From Macrostomum lignano (taxonomy: Eukaryota), in the NCBI GenBank assembly GCA_002269645.1, contig NIVC01001153.1:62001-126000 (forward strand): 64,000 bases of DNA, in the 5' to 3' direction. Of this stretch, positions 26,284 to 39,503 are shown piece after piece. Under the pieces are notes generated by a model, which saw only the letters and a list, made by a program, of their open reading frames with translations, was not told where the DNA came from and did no database searches. Position 1 is the stretch's first letter; every line of letters begins with the position of its first letter. The position numbers were made by a program, and so were the translations under genes.

Positions 26284-29200
26284 ATGTCTCAGCGAAAGTT
26301 TTATCCAACCCATTGTTGGGTGCCTCAAGGATGCTTTGATCTTGTACCACGCCATGTAAGTTTTCCTATACATTGACACAGTTCATAAAGTATATTTTTA
26401 GGCTTAAAATACAATATTCCAGATCGTGATGAGCTTATGGTCTAAGTAATTTAATATTTATAAAATATTCCTCTCATGATTCATGTTAAGACCAAATGGC
26501 AAAAGAATAGGCTTAAATAAGAAACTGGCCCAAATGATGCCAACTGCAGCATAAAAAAAGAAAAAATAATGTTAAATTTGTCAAGATGATAGTTTTAGAG
26601 AATATCAAATATACATGTGATGTAGATGGCATATTGCAGAAAATATAGGCCAAAAAATCATGGCATATGAATGCTTTACTGACTGGCATATATCTAGCAA
26701 ACAATTTAACAAATGCTTTGGTTTGGCTCATGTACATTGGGTTTACAAGAAGAAAATGCAACTTTCTGGCACCATTATTGGCTTAAAGTTCTTAACCAAA
26801 CTTGTTTAAGCTTGCAATGCAGTGTAAAACAGCTTAAAGAATATGATATCATTATATAAATAAATTATGCTAAGCAATCTTTTGCTATAGACTTATTAAA
26901 GTTAATTTCAAAAGATGACAATAAATTTGGTTTTCAAATAATACACAAAAATTTTCTATTGTTACGAATAAAAAATGAACTTAGATCAATGATACAATAT
27001 ATATAAATTTTTGTTCTATTAATTATTTCCATTTTAATGATATAGGCCTAGCCTTAGGCCCCCTATAGGTTTCATATTTTGCAAGAATTAGGCCCTATTT
27101 ATAGTGTCTATTGCTTATTGCATTTTTTCTATGTTTGTTAGTCCTGGAATTTTTATTGGTACATAATTTATTAAAACACTTGATTGGCATACTATTCTAG
27201 CATATATTTTACTTGATAGCCAAATACTTTTTAGTATATATATATGATCCACAATATGGCATGTAGAATGCAAATGGAGGTATCTAAATTGAAACCAATT
27301 TTTATTCCTTCTAGGCCTCTATGTTTTGGTTATAAACATTGAGTTTTAGTAGGCAGAATTAAAAAAAGCTTGCTTGCTGGCTTTTATATTTTTAACTTTT
27401 TGCTAATTGAATTGCTAGCTCTTTTGCTATGCATTACAAATGCAAGCCAATTGTTTTATTGTGTATAAACTATCTAGATTAACTGTATATAAAATTAGGT
27501 ACATAGTTTTTAATTCAGTTACACAAATAGATTGTATTCACTTTTAAATTAATTGCTAGTTCAAATAAACCTAGTCCTAAATGATAAATGTTAATACCTT
27601 TAATTAACTAGAATGTTAGTTTTTCAAAATTGTCTATAAATTTATTTGGTCCCATTAACTTTACTTTGTTAGAAGTAAAAAAACAATACTTTCATTAATT
27701 TTAGGCAGACAAAGATGAAAACTATGCTCAGTTGTTGAATGATGAGGCTGCCAAAGCAAGACGAGACCTGTAAGTCTTAATTGTTTTTAACTTGACTTTG
27801 CAAATCAATATTTTAAATATAAACTGCTAAGATTAGGGTAAAGGTAATGGTGCCCACTCATATACAGGCTATATAATGGGGCTATAGCACCGACTAAAAG
27901 ATCTGAGGAGAGGGTCAGCAGCCACTGAAGGATCTGAGGGGAGGGGCAGCAGGCACTGAAGGATCTGAGGGGAGGGGCAGCAGGCACTGAAGGATCTGAG
28001 GGGAGGGGCAGCAGGCACTGAAGGGTCTGAGGGGAGGGGCAGCAGGCACTGAAGGATCTGAGGGGAAGGGCAGCAGGCACTGAAAGGTCTGAGGGGAGGG
28101 GCAGCAGGTACTGAAGGGTCTGAGGGGAGGGGCAGCAGGCACTGAAGGATCTGAGGGGAGGGGCAGCAGCCACTGAAGGATCTGAGGGGAGGGGCAGCAG
28201 GCACTGAAGGGTCTGAGGGGAGGGGCAGCAGGCACTGAAGGGTCTGAGGGGAGGGGCAGCAGGCACTGAAGGATCTGAGGGAGGGGCAGCAGGCACTGAA
28301 GGATCTGAGGGGAGGGGCAGCAGGCACTGAAGGATCTGAGGGGAGGGGCAGCAGGCACTGAAGGATCTGAGGGAGGGGCAGACAGAATATCCCATCATGG
28401 TTATCAACAGTTCAATGAAGAATTCTCAAAGAGCTGTGAGCCAACAGCTCAACACAACCAACTCAAACAAAGCTACTTCTCTGTAAATTTAGCCAAGCTG
28501 CCAGAGCCGCTGCCGCAGGACAGTCAGGCGGCGAGGTCATGGACGCTGACGCTGGCGGCGACGCTGAGAACGAGGCGCCAGACGACGATGACGAAGACAT
28601 TGACGACATCCAGCCGGCTGATGCAGACGCGGCTGATGACGGCACAGACGACGAGGACGACGAAGACGAGGACTCCAAGCTGGTGCCAACAGACAATCTG
28701 GTTGTCGTTGCCCAGGTGCAGCAGAACCAGGGCATCTCAGAGGCTCAAATACACGTTTACAATGAGCCTAATAAGCAGTTCTACGAGCACAGGTGCTTCT
28801 ATTTGGACTCGATGCCGCTGTGCTTCGAATTTGTTGGCAGGGGCGGTCACCTGCTGGCTATTGGCAGAATGGAGCAGTCCATTCAGCTGTGGGATCTGGA
28901 CTTGATCGAGGCTCTGTTGCCGTCTGTGCAGTTGGAAGGCAAGTGTGCACTTTTTATGTACAGAGAGTGTACATGCTTGACGATTAGACCGTCAATCAGG
29001 GCCGTTGAGCACTCTGTGTGAGCGTGTCTTTAGCCTGGAATTAACGAAAGGGGTGATGATGGAATGCTTGAGAGATTCGTTAAGAATGTCCAGCAGTTGA
29101 AGTTTGCTCACTGTTCGAGGTTTGGTCACCTGGTGCAACCTGTTGAAGGTCCAGAAGCTCCGGCTTTGAAGCTCCGGCTTTGATAAAATTTGGATGCTTG

Positions 29201-31931
29201 GCAAGGCTGCACTAAGGCGAAGTGCTGATTGGCGCACAGGGGTGTACATTGAGTATCAGAATCGTTGATTATCTCGACGGTCGGGAAGGCTGGCGACTTG
29301 ATTCTTGTTTGCGTTTGCCTTCAGTTCCGAATTGGAACTCTATTGAATAAATACTATCCGCTATCCTCAGGTCACAAAGACGCTGTGTTGGACGTTTCCT
29401 GGAATCCGCGCTCCCCCCAGGCTCTGGCCAGCGCCAGCGCCGACAAATCTGTGGGCCTGTGGGATCTGGACGCTAAGCGTTGCGTCAGGATGCTGGACAA
29501 GCTGCACTCTGACAAGGTGCAGTGCCTGGCCTGGCACCCGCAGGTAATGCAGCTCGGCTGTGAGATAGCATAGCGAGAATCGCCCTCAAGGCAACCCCAA
29601 GAATCGCCCTCAATACAACCCCAAGAATCGCCCCTCAAGTCAACCCCAAGAATCACCCCTCAAGTAAACCCCAAGAATCTCCCTCAAGACAACCCCAAGA
29701 ATCGCCCTCACGACAACCCCAAAAATCTCCCTCACGACAACCCCAAAAATCGCCCTCAAGACAACCCCAAAAATCGCCCTCAAGACAACCCCAAGAATCG
29801 CCCTCCAGACAACCCCAAGAATCGCCCTCAAGACAACCCCAAGAATCGCCCTCAAGACAATCCTAAGAATCGCCCTCCAGACAACCCCAAGAATCGCCCT
29901 CACGACAACCCCAAAAATCGCCCTCAGGACAACCCCAAAAATCGCCCTCAAGACAATCCTAAGAATCGCCCTCCAGACAACCCCAAGAATCGCCCTCAAG
30001 ACAACCCCAAGAATCGCCCTCCAGACAACCCCAAAATCGCCCTCAAGACAACCCCAAGAATCGCCCTCAAGACAACCCAAAAAATCGCCCTCCAGACAAC
30101 CCCAAGAATCGCCCTCAAGACAACCCCAAGAATCGCCCTCCAGACAACCCCAAGAATCGCCCTCACGACAACCCCAAAAATCGCCCTCCAGACAACCCCA
30201 AGAATCGCCCTCAAGACAACCCCAAGAATCGCCCTCCAGACAACCCCAAAAATCGCCCTCCAGACAACCCCAAGAATCGCCCTCAAGACAACCCCAAGAA
30301 TCGCCCTCACGACAACCCCAAAAATCGCCCTCAGGACAACCCCAAGAATCGCCCTCAAGACAACCCCAAGAATCGCCCTCAAGACAACCCCAAGAATCGC
30401 CCTCAAGACAATCCTAAGAATCGCCCTCCAGACAACCCCAAGAATCGCCCTCACGACAACCCCAAAAATCGCCCTCAGGACAACCCCAAAAATCGCCCTC
30501 AAGACAATCCTAAGAATCGCCCTCCAGACAACCCCAAGAATCGCCCTCAAGACAACCCCAAGAATCGCCCTCACGACAACCCCAAAATCGCCCTCAAGAC
30601 AACCCCAAGAATCGCCCTCAAGACAACCCCAAAAATCGCGCTCAAGACAACCCAAAAAATTGCCCTCAAGACAACCCCAAAAATCGCCCTCAAGACAACC
30701 CCAAGAATCGCCCTCCAGACAACCCCAAGAATCGCCCTCAAGACAACCCAAGAATCGCCCTCAATACAACCCCAAGAATCGCCCTCAAGACAACCCCAAG
30801 AATCGCCATCCAGACAACCCCAAGAATCGCCCTCAAGTCAACCTCAAAAATCGCCCTCAAGACAACCCCAAGAATCGCCCTCAAGACAACCCCAAGAATC
30901 GCCATCCAGACAACCCCAAGAATCGCCCTCAAGACAACCCCAAGAATCGCCCTCCAGACAACCCCAAGAATCGCCCTCAAGACAACCCAAGAATCGCCCT
31001 CAATACAACCCCAAGAATCGCCCTCAAGACAACCCCAAGAATCGCCATCCAGACAACCCCAAGAATCGCCCTCAAGTCAACCTCAAAAATCGCCCTCAAG
31101 ACAACCCCAAGAATCGCCCTCAAGACAACCCCAAAAATCGCCCTCCAGACAACCCCAAGAATCTCCCTCACGAGAACTCCAAGAATCGCCCTCCAGACAA
31201 CCCTCGCCCCTCAAGTCAAACTCAAGAATCGCCCTTCAAGTCAAACCCAGGAATCGCCCTCAAGACAACCCCATGAATTACGTACACTAACAAGTTAATC
31301 GATTTCATATATTCTAATCTCGCTACTTGTTAGTAGGCAGAAGAACCGCTGAAATAAGAATCTCTACTAATAAATTTGATAGGAGCCTCACCTATTGCTC
31401 ACTGGCGGCTACGACTCAACAGTTCGTCTGTCAGACTGTCGAGCCCCTCAACAACAACAGCAACAGTCAGCATCTTCAGCCTCATCAGCGCCAGCCGCCG
31501 GCTCCGCCCCATCGTGGCGTCTTGACGGCGAATGCGAGCGCCTAGTCTGGGACAGCCGGAATCCGTTCTTCCTGATGGCCTCAACCGAGCGTGGCTCCGT
31601 GCAGCGCTGCGACGCCCGAGCCCCCGGCGCCCCCGTGTCCACCCTGACTGCTCACGACGGAGCCTGCAGCGGCCTCTGCCTGACCGACTCCGGCCTTCTC
31701 TGCACCGGCGGGGCCGACGGCCTTGTCAGACTGTGGCGCTCCAATCCCGACGGCGAATGGAAGTCCTTGGCTAATAGAAACTGGAACATCGGCGAGGTGA
31801 CTAAATTGACAGTGAACCCTGACTGTCAGTGCGTGCTGGGGATTACTGGGCTGACCGGATTTCAGGTGTGGGACGTGCGGGAGCACGCCAAGGCTAGGGA
31901 GTACCTGCGGACCAGAGGGGTGCCTGTCTGA
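26284..31931 (+). CDS. PWP1: Periodic tryptophan protein 1 (WD40), exons 26284-26355, 27705-27769, 28493-28938, 29371-29543, 31383-31931
   Basis: N-terminal CWVPQG..P, acidic tract, DNLVVVA, HVYNE, PLCFE, LWDLD, GHKDAVLDVSWN, LASASADKSVGLWDL, HSDKVQCLAWHP, LLTGGYD; all phases compatible, with one GC-AG intron. Confidence 0.88.
27895..28380. repeat. 30-bp G-rich minisatellite (GGGAGGGGCAGCAGGCACTGAAGGATCTGA)
   Basis: About 16 copies in PWP1 intron 2; same family at 36775 and 52110. Confidence 0.95.
29575..31275. repeat. 24-bp minisatellite (GACAACCCCAAGAATCGCCCTCAA)
   Basis: About 70 copies in PWP1 intron 4. Confidence 0.95.
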
Positions 31932-32019
31932 CTGCTCTGCGATCGGCTGGGCTTTGGGCGAGAGTCTGTCTACTGTGGCTAGGCAAGTAACTGGGTGAAT
32001 TCTCAAGTTTAACATTTGG

Positions 32020-32595
32020 CCTTCCAGATCCTCAGTTGCTGGGCCAGCCCCCAGATCCTCAGTTGCTGGGCCACCAGCCCCCCAGATCCTCAGTTGCTGG
32101 GCCACCAGCCTCCCAGATCCTCAGTTGCTGGGCCACCAGCCTCCCAGATCCTCAGTTGCTGGGCCACCAGCCTCCCAGATCCTCAGTTGCTGGGCCAGCC
32201 TCCCAGATCCTCAGTTGCTGGGCCACCAGCCTCCCAGATCCCCAGTTGCTGGGCCAGCCTCACAGATCCTCAGTTGCTGGGCCAGCCTCCCAGATCCTCA
32301 GTTGCTGGGCCAGCCTCCCAGAGTGTCAGTTGCTGGGCCAGCCTCCCAGATCCTCAGTTGCTAGGCCAGCCTCCCAGATCCTCAATTGCTAGGCCAGCCT
32401 CCCAGATCCTCAATTGCTAGGCCAGCCTCCCAGATCCTCAGTTGCTGGGCCAGCCTCACAGATCCTCAGTTGCTGGGCCAGCCTCCCAGATCCTCAGTTG
32501 CTAGGCCAGCCTCCCAGATCCTCAGTTACTAGGCCAGCCTCCCAGATCCTCAGTTGCTAGGCCAGCCTCCCAGATCCTCAGTTGCTAGGCCAGCG
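32020..32595. repeat. ~28-bp minisatellite, same family as 1035-1625
   Basis: About 20 copies starting ~90 bp after the PWP1 stop codon. Confidence 0.95.
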
Positions 32596-33479
32596 CCACT
32601 CCCTCTGAGCTGAAGCGAGTACAACAACAATATTACTGTAATATTGCTGCCTTTTCAACTCAAGCTTGTTTTTCCCAAACAAGCCAATCTGATTGTTCTG
32701 CTAATTAGCAAATCTAGAAGTCGCGATTTGAAATGAAAATAAATTCGTTTTATTTTTCAATAGACGCGCATTTTGCTTATAAACTAACTCTGAGTTTGGC
32801 GTGTGTTCCCCCGATGCGATGTTAGGGTATGATATTGGATGAAGATAAAACAGTAATGCAGTCGCTTGATGAAGATTGAGTGGCAGCTGGCAGCTCAATT
32901 GTAATAATGATATAATTATGCAAATTGGATAATTGCAAGGATAGAAAAGCTTATTAATTTTGCTTGTATTGTTTTATTCATTTGAAGGTATATTCGATGA
33001 AAATTATCCTAATTAGGATCGTATGTAATGAAACATTCGTGTCTCAATGGATTAAATTTGATTTGAAGGGCCACAATTATACAAATAGCAGAGAATCGTG
33101 CTAAGATGGATTAATTTAGACCTGAGCATCGTAATGAAGCAAATAATTATCTTTCTTCAAGGTTGGTCTTCTCTGATCATATCTGCCTGTCGGCTTAAGT
33201 GCTGCAAGGTGGAGCCGAAGTGCCCGGGCATATCGCCATTAGTCTCAAGTGTGCACCGGTTCTGTCAATGATTCTTAGCTGAGCAGTGATGCGTGAGTCT
33301 GTGAAGAACTTACTAATAAGGAATTCTAGAGAGTTGCAATCTAGTGCTGCTAACCGTGGGAATCCCCACTCTCAGGTTTTTCTGAGTGGACAAGATCATT
33401 TGGGGCATCACGTGATTAAATTTTATAGAGTACATTTTTTTCACTGGAATTCCCCCGCGATCATGAGTGAGATCGGTTT

Positions 33480-34400
33480 GGAAATTTCCTATCTGAGAGA
33501 GTCTGATTAATTTGGAAATTCCCCCTCTGAGAGACTCTGATCAAATTGGGAATTCCCCCTCTGAGAGAGTCTGATCAAATTGGGAATTCCCCCTCTGAGA
33601 GAGTCTGATCAAATTGGGAATTCCCCCTCTGAGAGAGTCTGATCAAATTGGGAATTCCCCCTCTGAGAGAGTCTGATCAAATTGGGAATTCCCCCTCTGA
33701 AAGAGTCTGATTAAATTGGAAATTTCCCCTCTGAGAGAGTCTGATCAAATTGGGAATTCCCCCTCTAAAAGATTCTGATTAATTTGGAAATTCCCCCTCT
33801 GAGAGTGATCAGTTTGGGAATTCCCCTCGTGAGAGTCTGATCAGTTTGGGAATTCCCCATGTGAGAGAGTCTGACCAGTTTGGGAATTCCCCCTCTGAGA
33901 GAGTGATCAGTTTCGAAATTCCCCATCTGAGAGTCTGAACAGTTTCGAAATTCCCCATCTAAGAGAGTCTGATCAGTTTGGGAATTCCCCTCTGAGAGAG
34001 TCTGATCAGTTTGGGAATTCCCCTCTGAGAGAGTCTGATCAGTTTGGGAATTCCCCTCTGAGAGAGTCTGATCAGATTGGGAATTTCCCTCTAAGAGTCT
34101 GATCAGTTTGGGAATTCCCCTCTGAGAGAGTCTGATCAGATTGGGAATTCCCCTCTGAGAGAGTCTGATCAGTTTGGGAATTCCCCTCTGAAAGAGTCTG
34201 ATCAGATTGGGAATTCCCCTCTGAGAGAGTCTGATCAGTTTGGGAATTCCCATGTTTTAGAGTCTGATTTTTTGGTAGTTTCCATCTTTGATGATGATTA
34301 TTTTGGGAATCCCCCTCTGCTAGTCTAATTTTTAGGGAATTTCCATCTTTCAGAGTTTATTCATTTTTGGAATTCCCAACTTTGAGAGTTTGCTTATTTC
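33480..34400. repeat. ~35-bp minisatellite (GGGAATTCCCCCTCTGAGAGAGTCTGATCAAATT)
   Basis: About 25 copies, decaying at the right end. Confidence 0.9.
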
Positions 34401-34704
34401 GGGAATTATTCTCTTATCTCCTCTGATCGTTGCACTCTTCGTGTTAATAATGATATAGCTAGAATTCCTCACTTTTATAATTATAATCAAGCAGTTCTAC
34501 ATGTACAACTTTCAACTTGGTTGCTGGTATTTGCGCATTAATTTTTTTATGAACCATCACGCTTTGTTGCTCTGTTGAAGCGAGCTCTCATCTCATTTTT
34601 ATTTCTCTCTAACGGTTTATTTGCGATTCAATTAATCAGTTGTTAGTCTTGTGTCATTAAAAGTCCTTCAATCAGTCCTTGCTGAACGGGACGCATCGAT
34701 GTTC

Positions 34705-37700
34705 TCAGCTGAGCAGCTGCCTCTCCAAGTTGACGGAGTTCAGCATGGCTCCGTAGCAGGCACCGACGCACCGGTTGGTGGCCGCGCGGGAGCCCAGCTG
34801 GTTGCAAGGGGCGCGGCACTCTGCCGGCAGCGGCAGGCCCATCTCCTCGAAGAACAGCCGCATCAGGCGTGTCTCCGAGCGCAGCACCGCGGCGTCGCGG
34901 ACTCCGCCTCGACAGTTGCGACCGGTGGCAGCGCATTCCGCCGTGGCTGCTGGGTCTTCGTCAGCCGCCTGCTTGGATCATGGGTTTGCGCGAGATCTGC
35001 TGTTAAGCTACTTGTAGTAGCATTCATCTTGCCGCCAGTGTTGAATGCTGTCGCTTTTCTCTATGTGCTGCCTTTCTCTCTCTCTCTCTCTCTCCCTTTT
35101 CCCTCATTGTCTCCCTTCTCTCCCTCTCTGTCTCCCTTCTCTCCCTCTCTGTCTCCCTTCTCTCCCTCTCTGTCTCCCTTCTCTCCCTCTCTGTCTCCCT
35201 TCTCTCCCTCTCTGTCTCCCTTCTCTCCCCCTCTGTCTCCCTTCTCTCCCTCTCTATCTCCCTTCTCTCCCTCTCTGTCTCCCTTCTCTCCCTCTCTGTC
35301 TCCCTTCTCTCCCTCTCTATCTCCCTTCTCTCCCTCTCTGTCTCCCTTCTCTCCCTCTCTGTCTCCCTTCTCTCCCTCTCTATCTCCCTTCTCTTCCTCT
35401 CTGTCTCCCTTCTCTCCCTCTCTGTCTCCCTTCTCTCCCTCTCTATCTCCCTTTTCTCCCTCTCTATCTCCCTTTTCTCCCTCTCTGTCTCCCTTCTCTC
35501 CCTCTCTGTCTCCCTTCTCTCCCTCTCTATCTCCCTTCTCTCCCTCTCTGTCTCCCTTCTCTCCCTCTCTGTCTCCCTTCTCTCCCTCTCTATCTCCCTT
35601 CTCTCCCTCTCTATCTCCCTTCTCTCCCTCTCTGTCTCCCTTCTCTCCCTCTCTGTCTCCCTTCTCTCCCTCTCTATCGATTCTCTCCCTCTCTATCTCC
35701 CTTCTCTTCCTCTCTGTCTCCCTTCTCTCCCTCTCTGTCTCCCTTCTCTCCCTCTCTATCTCCCTTTTCTCCCTCTCTGTCTCCCTTCTCTCCCTCTCTG
35801 TCTCCCTTCTCTCCCTCTCTATCTCCCTTCTCTCCCTCTCTGTCTCCCTTCTCTCCCTCTCTGTCTCCCTTCTCTCCCTCTCTATCTCCCTTCTCTCCCT
35901 CTCTATCTCCCTTCTCTCCCTCTCTATCTCCCTTCTCTCCCTCTCTGTCTCCCTTCTCTCCCTCTCTATCTCCCTTCTCTCCCCCTCTGTCTCCCTTCTC
36001 TCCCTCTCTGTCTCCCTTCTCTCCCTCTCTGTCTCCCTTCTTCGCCCTCTATATCTTCTCTAGTCCATCTTCTGTCATTTCACCATTAGCCTGTTTCTAA
36101 TTAATTGAAATTACTCTAAGACAGATTTCTCTCGAACGCTGAGACACAGACAGTGTTAGAGATGAAGTGACAGGTAAGTCGAACTGTTCAAATTAGGAAA
36201 TCAAATGAAGGGATCAAGATCTTGACTTGACTTGATAATCCCTCCCCTAATATTTAATCTTCGAGAGGCTTAACGAATCCCAAAAGAATTTGCCATTTAC
36301 TCTGACGCGTACGGAGAATGAACAAAGATGGGAATTATGAAACTAGCGAAGCTTTCTTTCTTTTCAAAGAAATCAGACATTTTCTGCAGCCCAAGAATTT
36401 GACAATTGGCAAATTTGCACAATTATCAGCAAGAATATGGCATTAAGTTAGATCATTGGTGGTTATGCAAATTGCTTAGGGTGGACTTATAGTGATAGAT
36501 TTTCATGTGTTAGTTCAGGTCTGGATCAAGGCTTACGGCCTTTCTAGCAAGCCACAAAATGTGTGCTAAGCGGGCAGCTAAATCTCAATTTGCTTAGCAA
36601 TTTTTTATTGCTAACTTTCCGTTTTCTCAGCAAATATCGCTGATTGCTAATCGGTGATAAGATGCAGTCAGAAGGGTTTCTCTGATTGGTATAAATTGGA
36701 TCTTGTTCATGGAAGCTAGTTCCTGTTCCAGCTAGGTCTCGGCTAAAATGAATCAGCGAATAAAGGATTGAATCCGCAGGCACTGAAGGATCTGAGGGGA
36801 GGGGCAGCAGGCACTGAAGGATCTGAAGGGAGGGGCAGCAGGCACTGAAGGATCTGAGGGGAGGGGCAGCAGGCACTGAAGGATCTGAGGGGAGGGCCGC
36901 AGCAGGCACTGAAGGATCTGAGGGGAGGGGCAGCAGCCACTGAAGGATCTGAGGGGAGGGCCGCAGCAGGCACTGAAGGATCTGAGGGGAGGGGCAGCAG
37001 GCACTGAAGGATCTGAGGGGAGGGGCAGCAGGCACTGAAGGATCTGAGGGGAGGGGCAGCAGCCACTGAAGGATCTGAGGGGAGGGCCGCAGCAGGCACT
37101 GAAGGATCTGAGGGGAGGGGCAGCAGCCACTGAAGGATCTGAAGGGGAGGGGCAGCAGCCACTGAAGGATCTGAGGGGAGGGCCGCAGCAGGCACTGAAG
37201 GATCTGAGGGGAGGGCCGCAGCAGGCACTGAAGGATCTGAGGGGAGGGGCAGCAGGCACTGAAGGATCTGAGGGGAGGGGCAGCAGGCACTGAAGGATCT
37301 GAAGGGAGGGCCGCAGCAGGCACTGAAGGATCTGAGGGGAGGGCCGCAGCAGGCACTGAAGGATTTGAGGGGAGGGGCAGCAGGCACTGAAGGATCTGAA
37401 GGGAGGGCCGCAGCAGGCACTGAAGGATCTGAGGGGAGGGCCGCAGCAGGCACTGAAGGATCTGAGGGGAGGGGCAGCAGCCACTGAAGGATCTGAGGGG
37501 AGGGGCAGCAGGCACTGAAGGATCTGAGGGGAGGGGCAGCAGGCACTGAAGGATCTGAGGGGAGGGGCAGCAGGCACTGAAGGATCTGAGGGGAGGGGCA
37601 GCAGGCACTGAAGGATCTGAGGGGAGGGGCAGCAGGCACTGAAGGATCTGAGGGGAGGGGCAGCAGGCACTGAAGGATCTGAGGGGAGGGGCAGCAGGCA

Positions 37701-37917
37701 CTGAAGGATCTGAGGGGATCGAGGGGCAGCAGGCACTGAGGGATCTGAGGGGAGGGCCGCAGCAGGCACTGAGGGATCTGAGTTGAAGGCAATATGACAC
37801 TGTGTACATGGTCTTTCTGTTTGATTACATGCACTACAAACTTACAGTAACGGGTGATCCACTAGCAACGGCTTCTAGAAGCAGTAGAGCCAGACCTAAA
37901 GAGAACATCAGCTGCAT
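34705..37917 (-). CDS. Small secreted 6-cysteine protein of unknown family (exons 37917-37846, 34968-34705; 111 aa)
   Basis: Exon 1 [24 protein letters not shown] ends at GTAAGT (phase 0). Exon 2 follows CAG (phase 0): [22 protein letters not shown]...ECRAPCNQ...[11 protein letters not shown]...LLS*. Confidence 0.65.
35065..36045. repeat. 21-bp polypyrimidine/polypurine array (CTCCCTCTCTGTCTCCCTTCT)
   Basis: About 45 copies, almost all C/T on the + strand. Confidence 0.95.
36775..37780. repeat. 30-33-bp G-rich minisatellite (same family as 27895)
   Basis: About 32 copies in the intron of the secreted-protein gene. Confidence 0.95.
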
Positions 37918-39503
37918 GTTGTTGCTTTGCAAAAGTTCTCGCGGAGAAAAATTTGATGAGTTCTATTTAATGTGAATTTTTATACAATATCTTGTAAGTC
38001 GAGATGAGCAAAGAAGGAGGGATGCAGCTGCTTGAGACTAGAAATTTATGACAGGGCCATCTTCATAATTCCGCTTTGCCTCCACGTCCCCTGCGCATAT
38101 AGGCTCCGCGCGATCTATCTGTTTTGTGATTGGATTGCCATGCCAGAGTAAGATAAACGAGTGAGTGACTATCAGTGATTGGCTGCATGGTTGCATGTAT
38201 TAATGTCGCTGATTCTGTGTATAGCTATTTAGCTAGCTACTTTATTAGCTCGTAGTTATTCTTCTATACATTTATATCTTTGTGCGATAATATGATGGGA
38301 ATAGGGCTTATCGTGACTTAGTGTAATTACATGTGTACATGTATATATTTTAGCTGCAATAACAACACAAAATACGCTGTAACTTGTCAGTCTCAGCTGC
38401 AGCTATTATAGTTTAGTACTCGTAATCATATATCTAGAACGATAAAACATACGCTCGTAGAAATTAGATCTAGACCTATCGATTTATTTAAGATTATCTA
38501 TCCCGCCGCTATGAGCACACTTTGAGCATCTTAGAGGCTATATATGTACATCAAAGATTTAGAACCCTAGCCTAAACTGCCAGCCGCCAACTCAGCGTGT
38601 TTTAGCTTGGAGTGTACATATACGTGCTACTGCACCGTTTGCTCTCTCGATCCCCTGTTTGAACTTGTTCGACTCTACGAGAACTATATATGCGTTATAC
38701 ATGTATATTAATAATTCAACGAAATATTACTAGCTAAATAATTTTCTATTTTAATTACTGCCTTGACTATGACCTATATTCTATAAGGTTCGAAATGCAT
38801 TGCATTGGCCATAAAATAAAATAAAAACAATTGTAGCAAGTTTATGTTTGTTCTCGATCGTTTCATTCTATCAATCTTTATTAGTGAGCTTACTCAACCA
38901 GAACTTTAGCTGTCGTATTCTGGTCCCTGACCAAACGCAAAAATACTGTGGATGTAATATTTAATCTATTCCCCCCAGTCCGTTTTCGTTGATACTGTGG
39001 TTCATTGTTAAACATCAGACGATCGAGTCAATATGCATAATTAATAGTCATATATCACATGTACTCGTATATATTGCTACTAGTTCATTCGATAAACACG
39101 CACTTCTCGGAGTTAAACTTGCGTTCATTTGAGTTCATTATCATTTGATTGAAGGCTGGCTAATGCACTAATTTCTCGTAATTAACTAACAGTTATAGCG
39201 CAACTTTTTTTATCCCCTGCAGGTTAAATTATATATAATCTGCGATGTATTTAGACAAATTTTATAAATAACGAGGTGCCCAAAGAATGTTTTTATAGTC
39301 AACTTCTTTACACAGTTTGTATTTTAATATAAACTTTTACAAAAACTCATATTGTAAATTTGTTTTACTTTAGAAGCAAAGATTGCTTTGAACAGGCGTG
39401 TCTTAACTTTCACGTCGTCCACAACGCATGTAATCATTACTTTAACTTAAATAGTTTGATCTAGAGTCATTTAGTCTGTATTAATGAGTTTTTTGTGAAT
39501 AGA

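Noticed and set aside
34651-36100. 470-aa and 351-aa S/P/L-rich ORFs on +
   Set aside because: Produced by the CT array and the antisense strand of the real minus-strand exon.
36125-36179. Plus-strand exon-like segment ending in CAG|GTAAGT
   Set aside because: No partner exons or coding signal found; an isolated splice motif is common by chance.
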